From: Marsupella aquatica
Lineage: Eukaryota > Plantae > Marchantiophyta
Reading direction: 5' to 3'
NCBI GenBank assembly: GCA_973895155.1
Contig: OZ316895.1
Span: forward strand, 18,836,508-18,900,507
Length of the DNA stretch: 64,000 nucleotides
Shown: positions 10,701 through 21,009 of the stretch, one piece after another
Position numbering within the stretch: the stretch's first letter is position 1
Layout: every line of letters starts with the position of its first letter
Notes under the pieces: model-generated
Database searches by the model: none
Told to the model about the DNA's origin: nothing
Seen by the model: only the letters and a program-made list of their open reading frames with translations
Program-made: the position numbers and the translations under genes

Positions 10701-13486
10701 CAAATACTTGATCAACAACCAGAGTCTTCACACTTGCCTTTGTTGTTCCATCTTGACCTGACCACAATCCCAAACAAAGTGCATAGAAAGCCAGTACCCA
10801 AACCTCTGTTTCTAGACCCTGATAGAGAAGTCATCTTCAAAGCCAACTTTGAACATCTTCTCCATACCCTGGATGATCAGATTGAGCTCTCAGAAGTCAT
10901 AGCACAAGCAGCAGCCTCTACTTTCTCCACCAAACCCCCTAGAAAGCAAAACATGAAGGCTTGGTTTGACGAGGATTGTGCTAGAGCAAGGATGCAAGCA
11001 AGATCACATTCAGGGGAAAAGAGACTTTTGGCATTCACTATGTACAAGAACTTCATCAAACACAAGAAGAGGTGCTTCTTGAAGAGTCATCAACAATCAC
11101 TATGTGAGGAGTTCATCAAACATCCAAAACGTTTTTGGGAGAGAATGCAATCAGGCAAGACTACTCCCCCCTTGGATCACCAGGACCTGGTAACCTATGT
11201 CACATCCTTGTATTTCTTTCCAGATGCTAGTGGCATGCCTTTGCCCCTTGGGGACACCATTCAGTTTACAGAGAGGGAGGTGAAGGTGCATCTTTCCCAC
11301 ATGCAACATGGGAAAGCTAAAGATCTGTTGGGCCTGAACTTGGAGCTTCTTTTGTGGGGAGGACCCTCTTTACTAACAAACTTGGTGCATGAGCTGAATC
11401 AAGCAATGGCTTTAGGTTTACCTAAAGCTTGGATGACCAGAAGAGTGGTGCCTATCTTCAAGGCAAGCAACAAGGACGATGTGCACAACTACAGAACCAT
11501 CATGGTAGGCAATACTTTTGCTAAAGTTTTGGGAGGACTACTTGAAGCCAGATTAAGCTCTTGGTTGGAGAGTGAGATGAAAAGGGCACCTTCACAAGCA
11601 GGTTTTAGGAGAGAATTCAGCACTATGGATCACATTCTCTGCTTGAGGGTGTTGTGTGAAAAGGCCAAATCTCCACATAAACCATTATTTTGCTTGTTTG
11701 TGGACTTCTCCAAGGCCTTTGACAAAGTTTCCCGATCCAAGCTTTGGGATAGGATGGTGGAGTTGGAAGTGCCTGAAGAGCTCAGGTTGGCTGTTTCTAA
11801 ATTGTACCAAGAAGTGCGCATCAAACTTTCAAAGGAAACCTCTGAAGAAATCTGGAGCACTCTTGGGGTGATCCAAGGTTGTCCTCTCTCACCAACTCTC
11901 TTTGGCATCTTCATTGATCAGCTACACAACATTTTGGAGGAGCATGGTGGAGTGGGCACTCAATTGGGTAGGTTTGTCCTCCAACTTCTTATATTTGCAG
12001 ATGATGTGGTCCTACTTGCTCATGCTCAAGAAGCTTTGCAAAGACATCTCAATGCCTTGGAGGAGTTTTGTCAAGCAACAGGGATGGTAGTCAACCTCAA
12101 GAAGACCAAGTGTTTGGGCATTGGCACACGACAAAATCCAGAGCTCTACTTCCAAGGGAATCTGGTGGAATTTGTGAGGACCTACAAATACCTTGGGGTG
12201 GAGTTCTCTCAAAACTTGAGTTGGGCCTCATGTGTAAAATCTAGGGCTGCCAATGGGTACAGAGCTTTTTATGCATTCATGAACAAATGCAAAAGAGCTG
12301 GTCTACACACTTGGAGGTTAAGGAAACATCTCTTTGGAGCTTTGGTGAAACCAGTCATTCTTTATGGAGCACCAATTTGGGGAGCAGGTGTGTCTAAATC
12401 TGGGTGGCAACAGATTGAGGGGCTGCAAAAGCTATTTCTTGAGATGGAGCTTGGGATCAAGTCACAAACCCCATATGCACTTACACTTGCAGAGGCAGGC
12501 TTGTTTCCTTTGGAGGTGGAGGCACTCTTCCACACACTCAAATACATCATGCGTGTAAGAGAGTTGGAGGAAAACAGATTTCCTTTTCATGCCTTGCGTT
12601 CATCTTCAGCTAAAGGGTGGTATGCAGATGTGTGCAGGTGGGCCCATGCTTGGGATTTTCCTGAACATGAATGGCCAACACACCCAACCAAGCTAAGAGC
12701 AAAACTTGAGCAAAAGGCTTTGCACAAACTTTGGCATGAACCTAGCCCACGGCAGCAATACTACATGAGAGATGTGAACCCCATGAAGAAATATCGAGAA
12801 CAAGAATACTTATCTAGCACTATCTCAGTACAACTTAGACAACTTATTGCTCAGTATAGACTAAGCTCACACCACCTTGAAGTAGAACAAGGGAGATGGA
12901 AGGATATTGACAGGAAAAAGAGGGTTTGTCAACTATGTGATAGCTCTAGTATAGAGAATGAATATCATGTATTCATTGCTTGCAAGTTTTATGAGGGGGT
13001 TAGGATGGCATCTCAAATCTTGGTGAAAGATTTGTATGCATTGTTTGGTCTGCCCCCTCAATCCGCGGAAAATTCAGACATGGAGTGGATGGCGTTATGT
13101 GCATTGGTCTCTGATATGTGGAATTCCAAAAACTTGTCCACATACCCATTCTTCATGAAGTCCTTCTTCATCTTGAGGATGGAGCTCTATTGGAGAGTCC
13201 GAACTGCCTCCATCGTCATCAAACGACATAGTGGAATCCGAGGTGGCTCTCTGGGCTTCCCGCTTGGGTCAGCTCCAAATGAAACCAAGTAATCCCCAAC
13301 AATCCCTTTGAAAGCACCTTTGTTCAAACGTTCAGCAGACATATTTTCAAAGTTCAGAACCTTCGGCTCCAGCTTCTTCATTGTGTGCGTTTCCCGACCA
13401 CTGGTGGTGCTCTTTGCTATCTTTGATCTGGTCTGCCAACCAGACAATGAAGGAGAGGGAGCGGGTTGCTTCCTCTTCCCTGTCAT
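7790..13486 (-). pseudogene. Decayed paralogous ParB-like/MTase-like gene (copy B), interrupted by a LINE fragment and truncated within the MTase-like region
   Basis: Blocks shared with copy A: SFGADPSGKPREPPRIPLCRLMTMEAVRTLQ vs SFGVDANGLPKEPPRIPLCHLVHMEVVRTLQ; VVQTSWLTDADRVKKLL vs VVESSWILDADRIRRIL; RAKR..MYPPDG..CPWF vs RAKR..MYPPEG..CPWY; VPVWN..LLTNNGFLCIVHSG vs VPKWN..FLSDDGLLAILHTG. First intron acceptor (about 10000) is at the same position and phase as in copy A. A further intron lies at 8627-8741. Confidence 0.75.
10256..13060 (+). mobile_element. Internal fragment of RTEX-like LINE ORF2 (part of APE endonuclease, RT, C-terminal zinc finger), truncated at both ends
   Basis: Near-identical reverse complement of 17116-19919. 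Motifs GDFNAR, STIDY, QGCPLSPTLF, FADD and CQLC..ENEYHVFIAC. Both ends of the 10203-13292 ORF read into host sequence. Confidence 0.95.
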
Positions 13487-13519
13487 TTTCAGAACGCTTT
13501 TCTCTCACCAACTACTAAA

Positions 13520-14110
13520 TCGCACGAGCGCAACTTCACTTGCATAGCACTTGCACCACCCATGGCTCAATCGCAGCAAGCTCAATCACTAGCACTCATA
13601 CGACACTTGCACCGTCCACACCTCAAATACTGCCAATTGCACAGCACTTGCACCGCCCACAGCTCAATCGCAGCAAGCACAATCACTTGCACTCGCACGA
13701 CACTTGGACCACCCATAGCACTTGCACCGCCCACAGCTCAATCACTAGCAGTCTCCGAGAGCACTTCAACTTGCATCGCCCACAACTCACAACACTCAAT
13801 TGCACTGCTTCCACCACTCGCATAGCACTTGCACTTACACTGCTACAACTCACAGCACTCAATCCACAACGCACCCGCACTTGCACCCGCAGCGCCTCAC
13901 TGATTGTTTGGGAGTTTTGCCCACAGCGCACAACTCACAACACTCGCACCCTAAACCTCAGCAACATCTACAACGCACTCACACTTGCACTACATCTGAG
14001 CTCAATCTATAGCGCACAGAGAGGGAAAGATCACACACTAAGGCACACGGGCACACTCAATCCACAATCGCATCCGCACTTGCACTCACTCCGCCTCAAT
14101 TGCAATTCAA
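13520..14110. repeat. Degenerate low-complexity repeats (gcacttgcacc / cacagctcaatc) upstream of copy B
   Basis: Repeated gcacttgca and ctcaatc motifs. The ORFs here are T/H/S-rich by-products. Confidence 0.7.
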
Positions 14111-14589
14111 ATGAGGAAAGGCGAGAGATGGAGGGGACAAGGGTGGATGTAGTCATTATCATCATTAGGCAACGAAAGATCTAGGGGCATCACAACTGAA
14201 TTCACTACCGCCGTCACGCAGGTTGAGTCCCATCCAAGCAACGGGAGATCTATGGGGCCACTCATTGATTACAGGTGGTAGGGGCCACGGGAGGAAGTTG
14301 ACATGTTAGCAATTTATTGGCTTATATGTAGTCATACTCTGATAATGATGAATGCCTGGATTTGACTCATGTCAGAGTTGCAACACTGAAGTACCTGTAT
14401 AGATGCTTTCATTATTATTACCCCTTCACACCATAATGTCCTTGGTACAATTGATTCCAAACCAGATAAGATTTCCTATCATTACGCGGTATTAATGAGT
14501 ATGATCGTTCAACGATCGGCTTTAATTGCAAAAAATATACAGTACTCGCATGACATGTGAGGCCAGTCTCAAGTTGGGACATGTTCCTG

Positions 14590-15245
14590 ATTGTCTTCGA
14601 GATGACATGTCAGGTCAGGACCCATGTTAGAGAGGCTCTCTGAGATGACATGTAATGGCAAGACCCATGTTAGAGAGCGTCTTTGACATGACATGTCAGG
14701 TCAGGACCCATATCAGAGAGGCTCTCCAAGACGACATATCATGGCAAGACCCATGTTAGAGAGCATCTCCAAGATGACATGTCAGGTGAGGACCCATGTC
14801 AGAGAGGCTCTCCGAGATGACATGTCAGGGCAAGACCCATGTTAGAGAGGCTCTCCAAGATGATATGTAAGGTCGAGACTTAAGTTGGAGAGGCTCTCCA
14901 AGATGACATATCATGACGAGACCCATGTCAGAGAGGCTCTCCGGGATGACATGTAAGGTTGGGAATTAAGTCGGAGAGGCTCTTCCGAGATGACATGTCA
15001 GGTCAGGACCCATGTCAGAGAGGCTCTCCGAGATGACATGTAATGACAAGACCCATGTTAGAGAGCGTCTCCAACATGACATGTCAGGTGAGGACCCATG
15101 TCAGAGAGGCTCTCCGAGATGATATGTCATGACGAGACCCATGTTAGAGAGCGTCTTCGAGATGACATGGTAAGGTTGGGACTTAAGTCGGAGAGGCTCT
15201 TCGAGATGACATGTCATGATGAGACCCATGTCAAAGAGGCTCTCC
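14590..15245. repeat. Tandem array, 43-bp unit (about 15 units), containing palindromes GGAGAG(G)CTCTCC and TGACATGTCA
   Basis: Unit gagaggctctccgagatgacatgtcaggtcaggacccatgtta; successive starts at 14630 and 14673. Confidence 0.93.
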
Positions 15246-15567
15246 TCACTGTGACCGCAATTCAGCCCACTATGTACATATATGTGTGTTTCCAACTTGC
15301 TCTTGTCAAGATTTCATCATGAGAGATACTGGAAGATACTTCTTCCCTTGCAAACACTTGTATTGGTGCTATAAAAACATTTGTGGACAAGATCTAGAGA
15401 GTGACCAAGAGATCCACTAGCCAATCTTGAAACTTAGTGAGGTTAGAAAACTGGTGTTAGATGTAGCAGGCTCAGGGTGAATGCATCTTGAAGATGTTTA
15501 GTGTTAATGGGTCAAATGTCACTATTTTGTATCCTTTCATAATAATAAATGTTCAAGATTTCAAATG

Positions 15568-15870
15568 ATGTTGATCCCATCTCGGAGAGGCTCTCCAACA
15601 TTCCAACCCAGTGTTGATCCCATCTTGGAGAGGCTCTCCGACATTCCATCCCAGTGTTGATCCCATCTCGGAGAGGCTCTCCAAGATTCTAACCCAGTGT
15701 TGATCCCATCTCAGAGAACCTCTCCAAGATTCCAACCTTAAATGATCCCGTCTTAGAGAGCCTCTCCAAGATTCCAACCCAGTGTTGATCCCATCTCAGA
15801 GAGGCTCTCTGAGATTCCAACAATTCTTGGAGACATTGCTAACCAATCTCAGAGAGGCCTCCGAGATTGA
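15568..15870. repeat. Tandem array, 43-bp unit (6-7 units), containing palindrome ATCTCGGAGAG(G)CTCTCC with a different linker
   Basis: Unit gttgatcccatctcggagaggctctccaacattccaacccagt; successive starts at 15570 and 15613. Confidence 0.93.
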
Positions 15871-17149
15871 TTAAACCATGAAGCGCGCCCCAGCCCCATT
15901 CAACTGCAAAAAGGATTTGTCAAATCTTGCTAACCTAACTTAATGCTTTTTGTAGTCAATCTCTAATTTTTCTATCGCCGTCTTCTGGTCGTGCCAAAAA
16001 GGTGCTTAATTATCACCCAATTTCAGCCTCACATATGTAGCTAGGTTGGGTTTACTTATTGCCATGCCCCATAAACCTTCATGTTTCCCATGCCCCCTTC
16101 ATATATGACAACCAATGCATGGTTCATGTTCAATATAAGTCCAACTTAAATGTCCAACTTAAATATATATGATCAGCTCTTCACTACCCCAACCCTAAAA
16201 AAGTGTACTTATCATAATGGTAATGTGGGGTCATATATACCTGACTATTTGGCCACATTTTCACCAAAGGGGGTGGTTCAAAGTTGTGACTAACCACTCA
16301 CCCCACATATAACTATTGCGTAAGTCCTTTGGTTTCAAAGGAAAAAACTAATTAGGCAAATCATAGACTTTTGTGTCTCTTTTGTGCTTTCAATGTCTCC
16401 ACTTCAATGTGCGTGAGTGTGCCTTTGGACACAAGTTTAGGGTGCGCGGGTTTCGTTTAACACGGCAGCAGAGTGCAAAGTTGAGTTGAATGTGCGCGGG
16501 AACTCGGTTTAGGGAAAAACTAGCTTGTCCATTCTGCTGTCGGCCGGGGACATTCATCGTGCCTGAAGGTTTTGTGAAGGGTTTTGTGCGAGGAGCTTTA
16601 CGGACTTCACTCTCGCTTGAGAGATGGTGATGGCAGGCAGGTGCAACAGCAGTGCTTGATCAAGGCTGGACTTTATTGCGTAAGTCCCTGCTCGTCGTCT
16701 GGATATGTCATTGTTGTCGGGGTCTTCATGCTCGTCTGATTTGTCTTCTGCTCTTTGTGGCCGAGAGTCGACTACCTCACTCACTGACTTCTTGTCCAAT
16801 GCATACCACAACCCTATTCCTCGTTCTCAGTCTACGAATTGTTTCCAAAACTATTCGGAGAAACTGAGTCAAAGTGTCGTTCGTTGAGTGGTAATGGTAA
16901 TGGTAATGTATTATAAGCTCCGGGACCATGAAAGTCAAAGGAGCTGCCACAAAAAGTAAAGTACAATGCAATCAAAGAAAAGAGCAACCAAAAGAGATTG
17001 CTCAGAAGAGGACAACTATGTCCTCAAAGAAACTATGGACCTAGAGAGCCCTGAAAGATTTTCCAAACCTATTCTCCTTTCCCTATCCACCGCAAAGATA
17101 TATCTTCCAAGTTGCTGAGGGGGTAGACCAAACAATGCATACAAATCTT

Positions 17150-20100
17150 TCACCAAGATTTGAGATGCCATCCTAACCCCCTCATAAACTTGCAAGCAAT
17201 GAATACATGATATTCATTCTCTATACTAGAGCTATCACATAGTTGACAAACCCTCTTTTTCCTGTCAATATCCTTCCATCTCCCTTGTTCTACTTCAAGG
17301 TGGTGTGAGCTTAGTCTATACTGAGCAATAAGTTGTCTAAGTTGTACTGAGATAGTGCTAGATAAGTATTCTTGTTCTCGATATTTCTTCATGGGGTTCA
17401 CATCTCTCATGTAGTATTGCTGCCGTGGGCTAGGTTCATGCCAAAGTTTGTGCAAAGCCTTTTGCTCAAGTTTTGCTCTTAGCTTGGTTGGGTGTGTTGG
17501 CCATTCATGTTCAGGAAAATCCCAAGCATGGGCCCACCTGCACACATCTGCATACCACCCTTTAGCTGAAGATGAGCGCAAGGCATGAAAAGGAAATCTG
17601 TTTTCCTCCAACTCTCTTACATGCATGATGTATTTGAGTGTGTGGAAGAGTGCCTCCACCTCCAAAGGAAACAAGCCTGCCTCTGCAAGTGTAAGTGCAT
17701 ATGGGGTTTGTGACTTGATCCCAAGCTCCATCTCAAGAAATAGCTTTTGCAGCCCCTCAATCTGTTGCCACCCAGATTTAGACACACCTGCTCCCCAAAT
17801 TGGTGCTCCATAAAGAATGACTGGTTTCACCAAAGCTCCAAAGAGATGTTTCCTTAACCTCCAAGTGTGTAGACCAGCTCTTTTGCATTTGTTCATGAAT
17901 GCATAAAAAGCTCTGTACCCATTGGCAGCCCTAGATTTTACACATGAGGCCCAACTCAAGTTTTGAGAGAACTCCACCCCAAGGTATTTGTAGGTCCTCA
18001 CAAATTCCACCAGATTCCCTTGGAAGTAGAGCTCTGGATTTTGTCGTGTGCCAATGCCCAAACACTTGGTCTTCTTGAGGTTGACTACCATCCCTGTTGC
18101 TTGACAAAACTCCTCCAAGGCATTGAGATGTCTTTGCAAAGCTTCTTGAGCATGAGCAAGTAGGACCACATCATCTGCAAATATAAGAAGTTGGAGGACA
18201 AACCTACCCAATTGAGTGCCAACTCCACCATGCTCCTCCAAAATGTTGTGTAGCTGATCAATGAAGATGCCAAAGAGAGTTGGTGAGAGAGGACAACCTT
18301 GGATCACCCCAAGAGTGCTCCAGATTTCTTCAGAGGTTTCCTTTGAAAGTTTGATGCGCACTTCTTGGTACAATTTAGAAACAGCCAACCTGAGCTCTTC
18401 AGGCACTTCCAACTCCACCATCCTATCCCAAAGCTTGGATCGGGAAACTTTGTCAAAGGCCTTGGAGAAGTCCACAAACAAGCAAAATAATGGTTTATGT
18501 GGAGATTTGGCCTTTTCACACAACACCCTCAAGCAGAGAATGTGATCCATAGTGCTGAATTCTCTCCTAAAACCTGCTTGTGAAGGTGCCCTTTTCATCT
18601 CACTCTCCAACCAAGAGCTTAATCTGGCTTCAAGTAGTCCTCCCAAAACTTTAGCAAAAGTATTGCCTACCATGATGGTTCTGTAGTTGTGCACATCGTC
18701 CTTGTTGCCTGCCTTGAAGATAGGCACCACTCTTCTGGTCATCCAAGCTTTAGGTAAACCTAAAGCCATTGCTTGATTCAGCTCATGCACCAAGTTTGTT
18801 AGTAAAGAGGGTCCTCCCCACAAAAGAAGCTCCAAGTTCAGGCCCAACAGATCTTTAGCTTTCCCATGTTGCATGTGGGAAAGATGCACCTTCACCTCCC
18901 TCTCTGTAAACTGAATGGTGTCCCCAAGGGGCAAAGGCATGCCACTAGCATCTGGAAAGAAATACAAGGATGTGACATAGGTTACCAGGTCCTGGTGATC
19001 CAAGGGGGGAGTAGTCTTGCCTGATTGCATTCTCTCCCAAAAACGTTTTGGATGTTTGATGAACTCCTCACATAGTGATTGTTGATGACTCTTCAAGAAG
19101 CACCTCTTCTTGTGTTTGATGAAGTTCTTGTACATAGTGAATGCCAAAAGTCTCTTTTCCCCTGAATGTGATCTTGCTTGCATCCTTGCTCTAGCACAAT
19201 CCTCGTCAAACCAAGCCTTCATGTTTTGCTTTCTAGGGGGTTTGGTGGAGAAAGTAGAGGCTGCTGCTTGTGCTATGACTTCTGAGAGCTCAATCTGATC
19301 ATCCAGGGTATGGAGAAGATGTTCAAAGTTGGCTTTGAAGATGACTTCTCTATCAGGGTCTAGAAACAGAGGTTTGGGTACTGGCTTTCTATGCACTTTG
19401 TTTGGGATTGTGGTCAGGTCAAGATGGAACAACAAAGGCAAGTGTGAAGACTCTGGTTGTTGATCAAGTATTTGAAAGTCAACCACTCTAGTGGCAGAGG
19501 TAGGTGAGGCAAGAAGGTAATCAATGGTACTACATCCTTGTTTAGATCTAAAAGTGTAACCAGATGATTGGGGAAATCTCTCAAGCCCATTCAATATTCT
19601 TAGATTACAAGAAGCTCCCAAATGCAAAAAGTGACGTGTCATGTCATTTGTTCTGGTGTCAAGAGCCTCTCTCACCCAAGGTATCTCTTCACTACATGAT
19701 GACCAAGGTAAAGTTCCTAAGTCCTCACTTTCAGTAAATTGTTCATTAGATACCCTGGCATTAAAGTCCCCCACTATCCATGTCTCCCCTAGTGGTGATA
19801 TATCATGAATGACTTGGATTAACCTATGAAATGGATAATGTGCATCAGCAATTCCCATCTTATAGACATTCATATTAAGGGGAGCAAAGTAGGTGACAAT
19901 CAGAAATGATGGAGTACCTCTGGTATGAAATCTCACCACCATGAACTGCTTGTTGGGATCTTCATGTTCAATAGAGGTGATGTGTTGAAGTTGATTCTTG
20001 GTGTAGACAACAATGCCTCCAAACCCTCTTCCCCGTGTGGTCTTCTTCTCATTGAAGATGGATTGTATGCAAGTAAAGCCTTTAATGCTAGGTAGAGCAT

Positions 20101-20218
20101 TTCCCTCATATTCCCAAGTCTCCGTGAAAAGCAAGATGTCAAAATTCTCAAACAAAGGTTCCCCTCCAATTGCTGTTTCTATGGAAAGTCCTGAAACATT
20201 CCATGCCATGACTCTCAA
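17150..20218 (-). CDS. LINE ORF2: APE endonuclease, reverse transcriptase and C-terminal zinc finger; 1-nt frameshift near the C-terminus
   Basis: 1022 aa. Motifs MAWNVSGL, LLFTETW, GDFNAR, TIDY, SSHLP, FVDFSKAFD, FADD, YKYLG. Has aagtttatg where the other copy has aagttttatg. Confidence 0.95.
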   Translation of the reverse strand: MRVMAWNVSGLSIETAIGGEPLFENFDILLFTETWEYEGNALPSIKGFTCIQSIFNEKKTTRGRGFGGIVVYTKNQLQHITSIEHEDPNKQFMVVRFHTRGTPSFLIVTYFAPLNMNVYKMGIADAHYPFHRLIQVIHDISPLGETWIVGDFNARVSNEQFTESEDLGTLPWSSCSEEIPWVREALDTRTNDMTRHFLHLGASCNLRILNGLERFPQSSGYTFRSKQGCSTIDYLLASPTSATRVVDFQILDQQPESSHLPLLFHLDLTTIPNKVHRKPVPKPLFLDPDREVIFKANFEHLLHTLDDQIELSEVIAQAAASTFSTKPPRKQNMKAWFDEDCARARMQARSHSGEKRLLAFTMYKNFIKHKKRCFLKSHQQSLCEEFIKHPKRFWERMQSGKTTPPLDHQDLVTYVTSLYFFPDASGMPLPLGDTIQFTEREVKVHLSHMQHGKAKDLLGLNLELLLWGGPSLLTNLVHELNQAMALGLPKAWMTRRVVPIFKAGNKDDVHNYRTIMVGNTFAKVLGGLLEARLSSWLESEMKRAPSQAGFRREFSTMDHILCLRVLCEKAKSPHKPLFCLFVDFSKAFDKVSRSKLWDRMVELEVPEELRLAVSKLYQEVRIKLSKETSEEIWSTLGVIQGCPLSPTLFGIFIDQLHNILEEHGGVGTQLGRFVLQLLIFADDVVLLAHAQEALQRHLNALEEFCQATGMVVNLKKTKCLGIGTRQNPELYFQGNLVEFVRTYKYLGVEFSQNLSWASCVKSRAANGYRAFYAFMNKCKRAGLHTWRLRKHLFGALVKPVILYGAPIWGAGVSKSGWQQIEGLQKLFLEMELGIKSQTPYALTLAEAGLFPLEVEALFHTLKYIMHVRELEENRFPFHALRSSSAKGWYADVCRWAHAWDFPEHEWPTHPTKLRAKLEQKALHKLWHEPSPRQQYYMRDVNPMKKYREQEYLSSTISVQLRQLIAQYRLSSHHLEVEQGRWKDIDRKKRVCQLCDSSSIENEYHVFIACKFMRGLGWHLKSW

Positions 20219-20230
20219 GGTCCCAATCCA

Positions 20231-21001
20231 TCATTTAGAAACAACTCTCTTCTTATTGGTAACAACAGCTTGTCCATTGCGCAAGTAGGCTACCAATCCT
20301 TGGTCTTTGGCTACCCTCACCTTCTCAAGCTCAATTTTCCTTGCTTGGACTTGTGTGGGAGTCAGATCATCATCCAACCAAATCCTTAGCCCTTTAAGCA
20401 TGCTCCTGTTAGCCATCACTCTAGCTTTCTCGGATTCAACTGCAAACTTCACCAAGATTGGACGTGGAAGGTCCCCCTTCTTTTGCCCAATCCTATATGC
20501 TTGCAAAATGATAGGGTCATGCACTTTCATCTGAGATTGGAAGAATGAAATTGCTACCTTCTTGGTGTCTTCCTTCTCCTCCTCAACAAGGCCTGATATT
20601 TTGCAGTTGCTGACTCTTGCATGCTGGTTCTTGTGTTCTTCCTCTAGTGCTCTTCTCTCCTCCTCCTTGGCTTGGACAAATTCCATATGTGATTGTTTTG
20701 CAGCCTGTGCAAAGGTTTTGAGCTTCTCCTCAATCTCCCCTACAGCCTCATGTATCACTGATTTCTCTGGGCACATACTCTTCTCCATGTCTCCAAAACA
20801 CGATGCAAGCAATGAGAGTTGCTTACCATTCTCCTGAGTTTGAGATCGAAGATCACTAATCAACCTCTTTTGCTTGACATTCTCATTCTTTAGCTCCGTC
20901 ACCTCCTTGCTGAGTGTGGTAATCTCAATTGCGGAGTTTTCAGCCACAACTAAGATTTTCTCAAGCAAAGCCTTGAGATGGGCAATCTCCTCCGTTGCCA
21001 T
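20231..21001 (-). CDS. LINE ORF1: coiled coil plus L1-ORF1/RRM-like domain
   Basis: ATG of MATEEIAHL at 21001. Coiled-coil N-half, then RVSNCKISGL, AYRIG..RPILVKF and IWLDDDLT, typical ORF1 motifs. Ends 12 nt before ORF2. Confidence 0.88.
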   Translation of the reverse strand: MATEEIAHLKALLEKILVVAENSAIEITTLSKEVTELKNENVKQKRLISDLRSQTQENGKQLSLLASCFGDMEKSMCPEKSVIHEAVGEIEEKLKTFAQAAKQSHMEFVQAKEEERRALEEEHKNQHARVSNCKISGLVEEEKEDTKKVAISFFQSQMKVHDPIILQAYRIGQKKGDLPRPILVKFAVESEKARVMANRSMLKGLRIWLDDDLTPTQVQARKIELEKVRVAKDQGLVAYLRNGQAVVTNKKRVVSK

Positions 21002-21009
21002 CACAAAGC

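Noticed and set aside
10203-13292. 1029-aa ORF as a complete LINE ORF2
   Set aside because: The first ~18 and last ~77 codons are read-through into host sequence; the endonuclease N-terminus is missing.
13466-14184. T/H/S-rich ORFs
   Set aside because: Arise from low-complexity repeats upstream of gene B.
14590-15870. CRISPR-like array (palindromic repeats with spacers)
   Set aside because: The spacers are themselves repeated variants, not unique; no cas genes; eukaryotic context.
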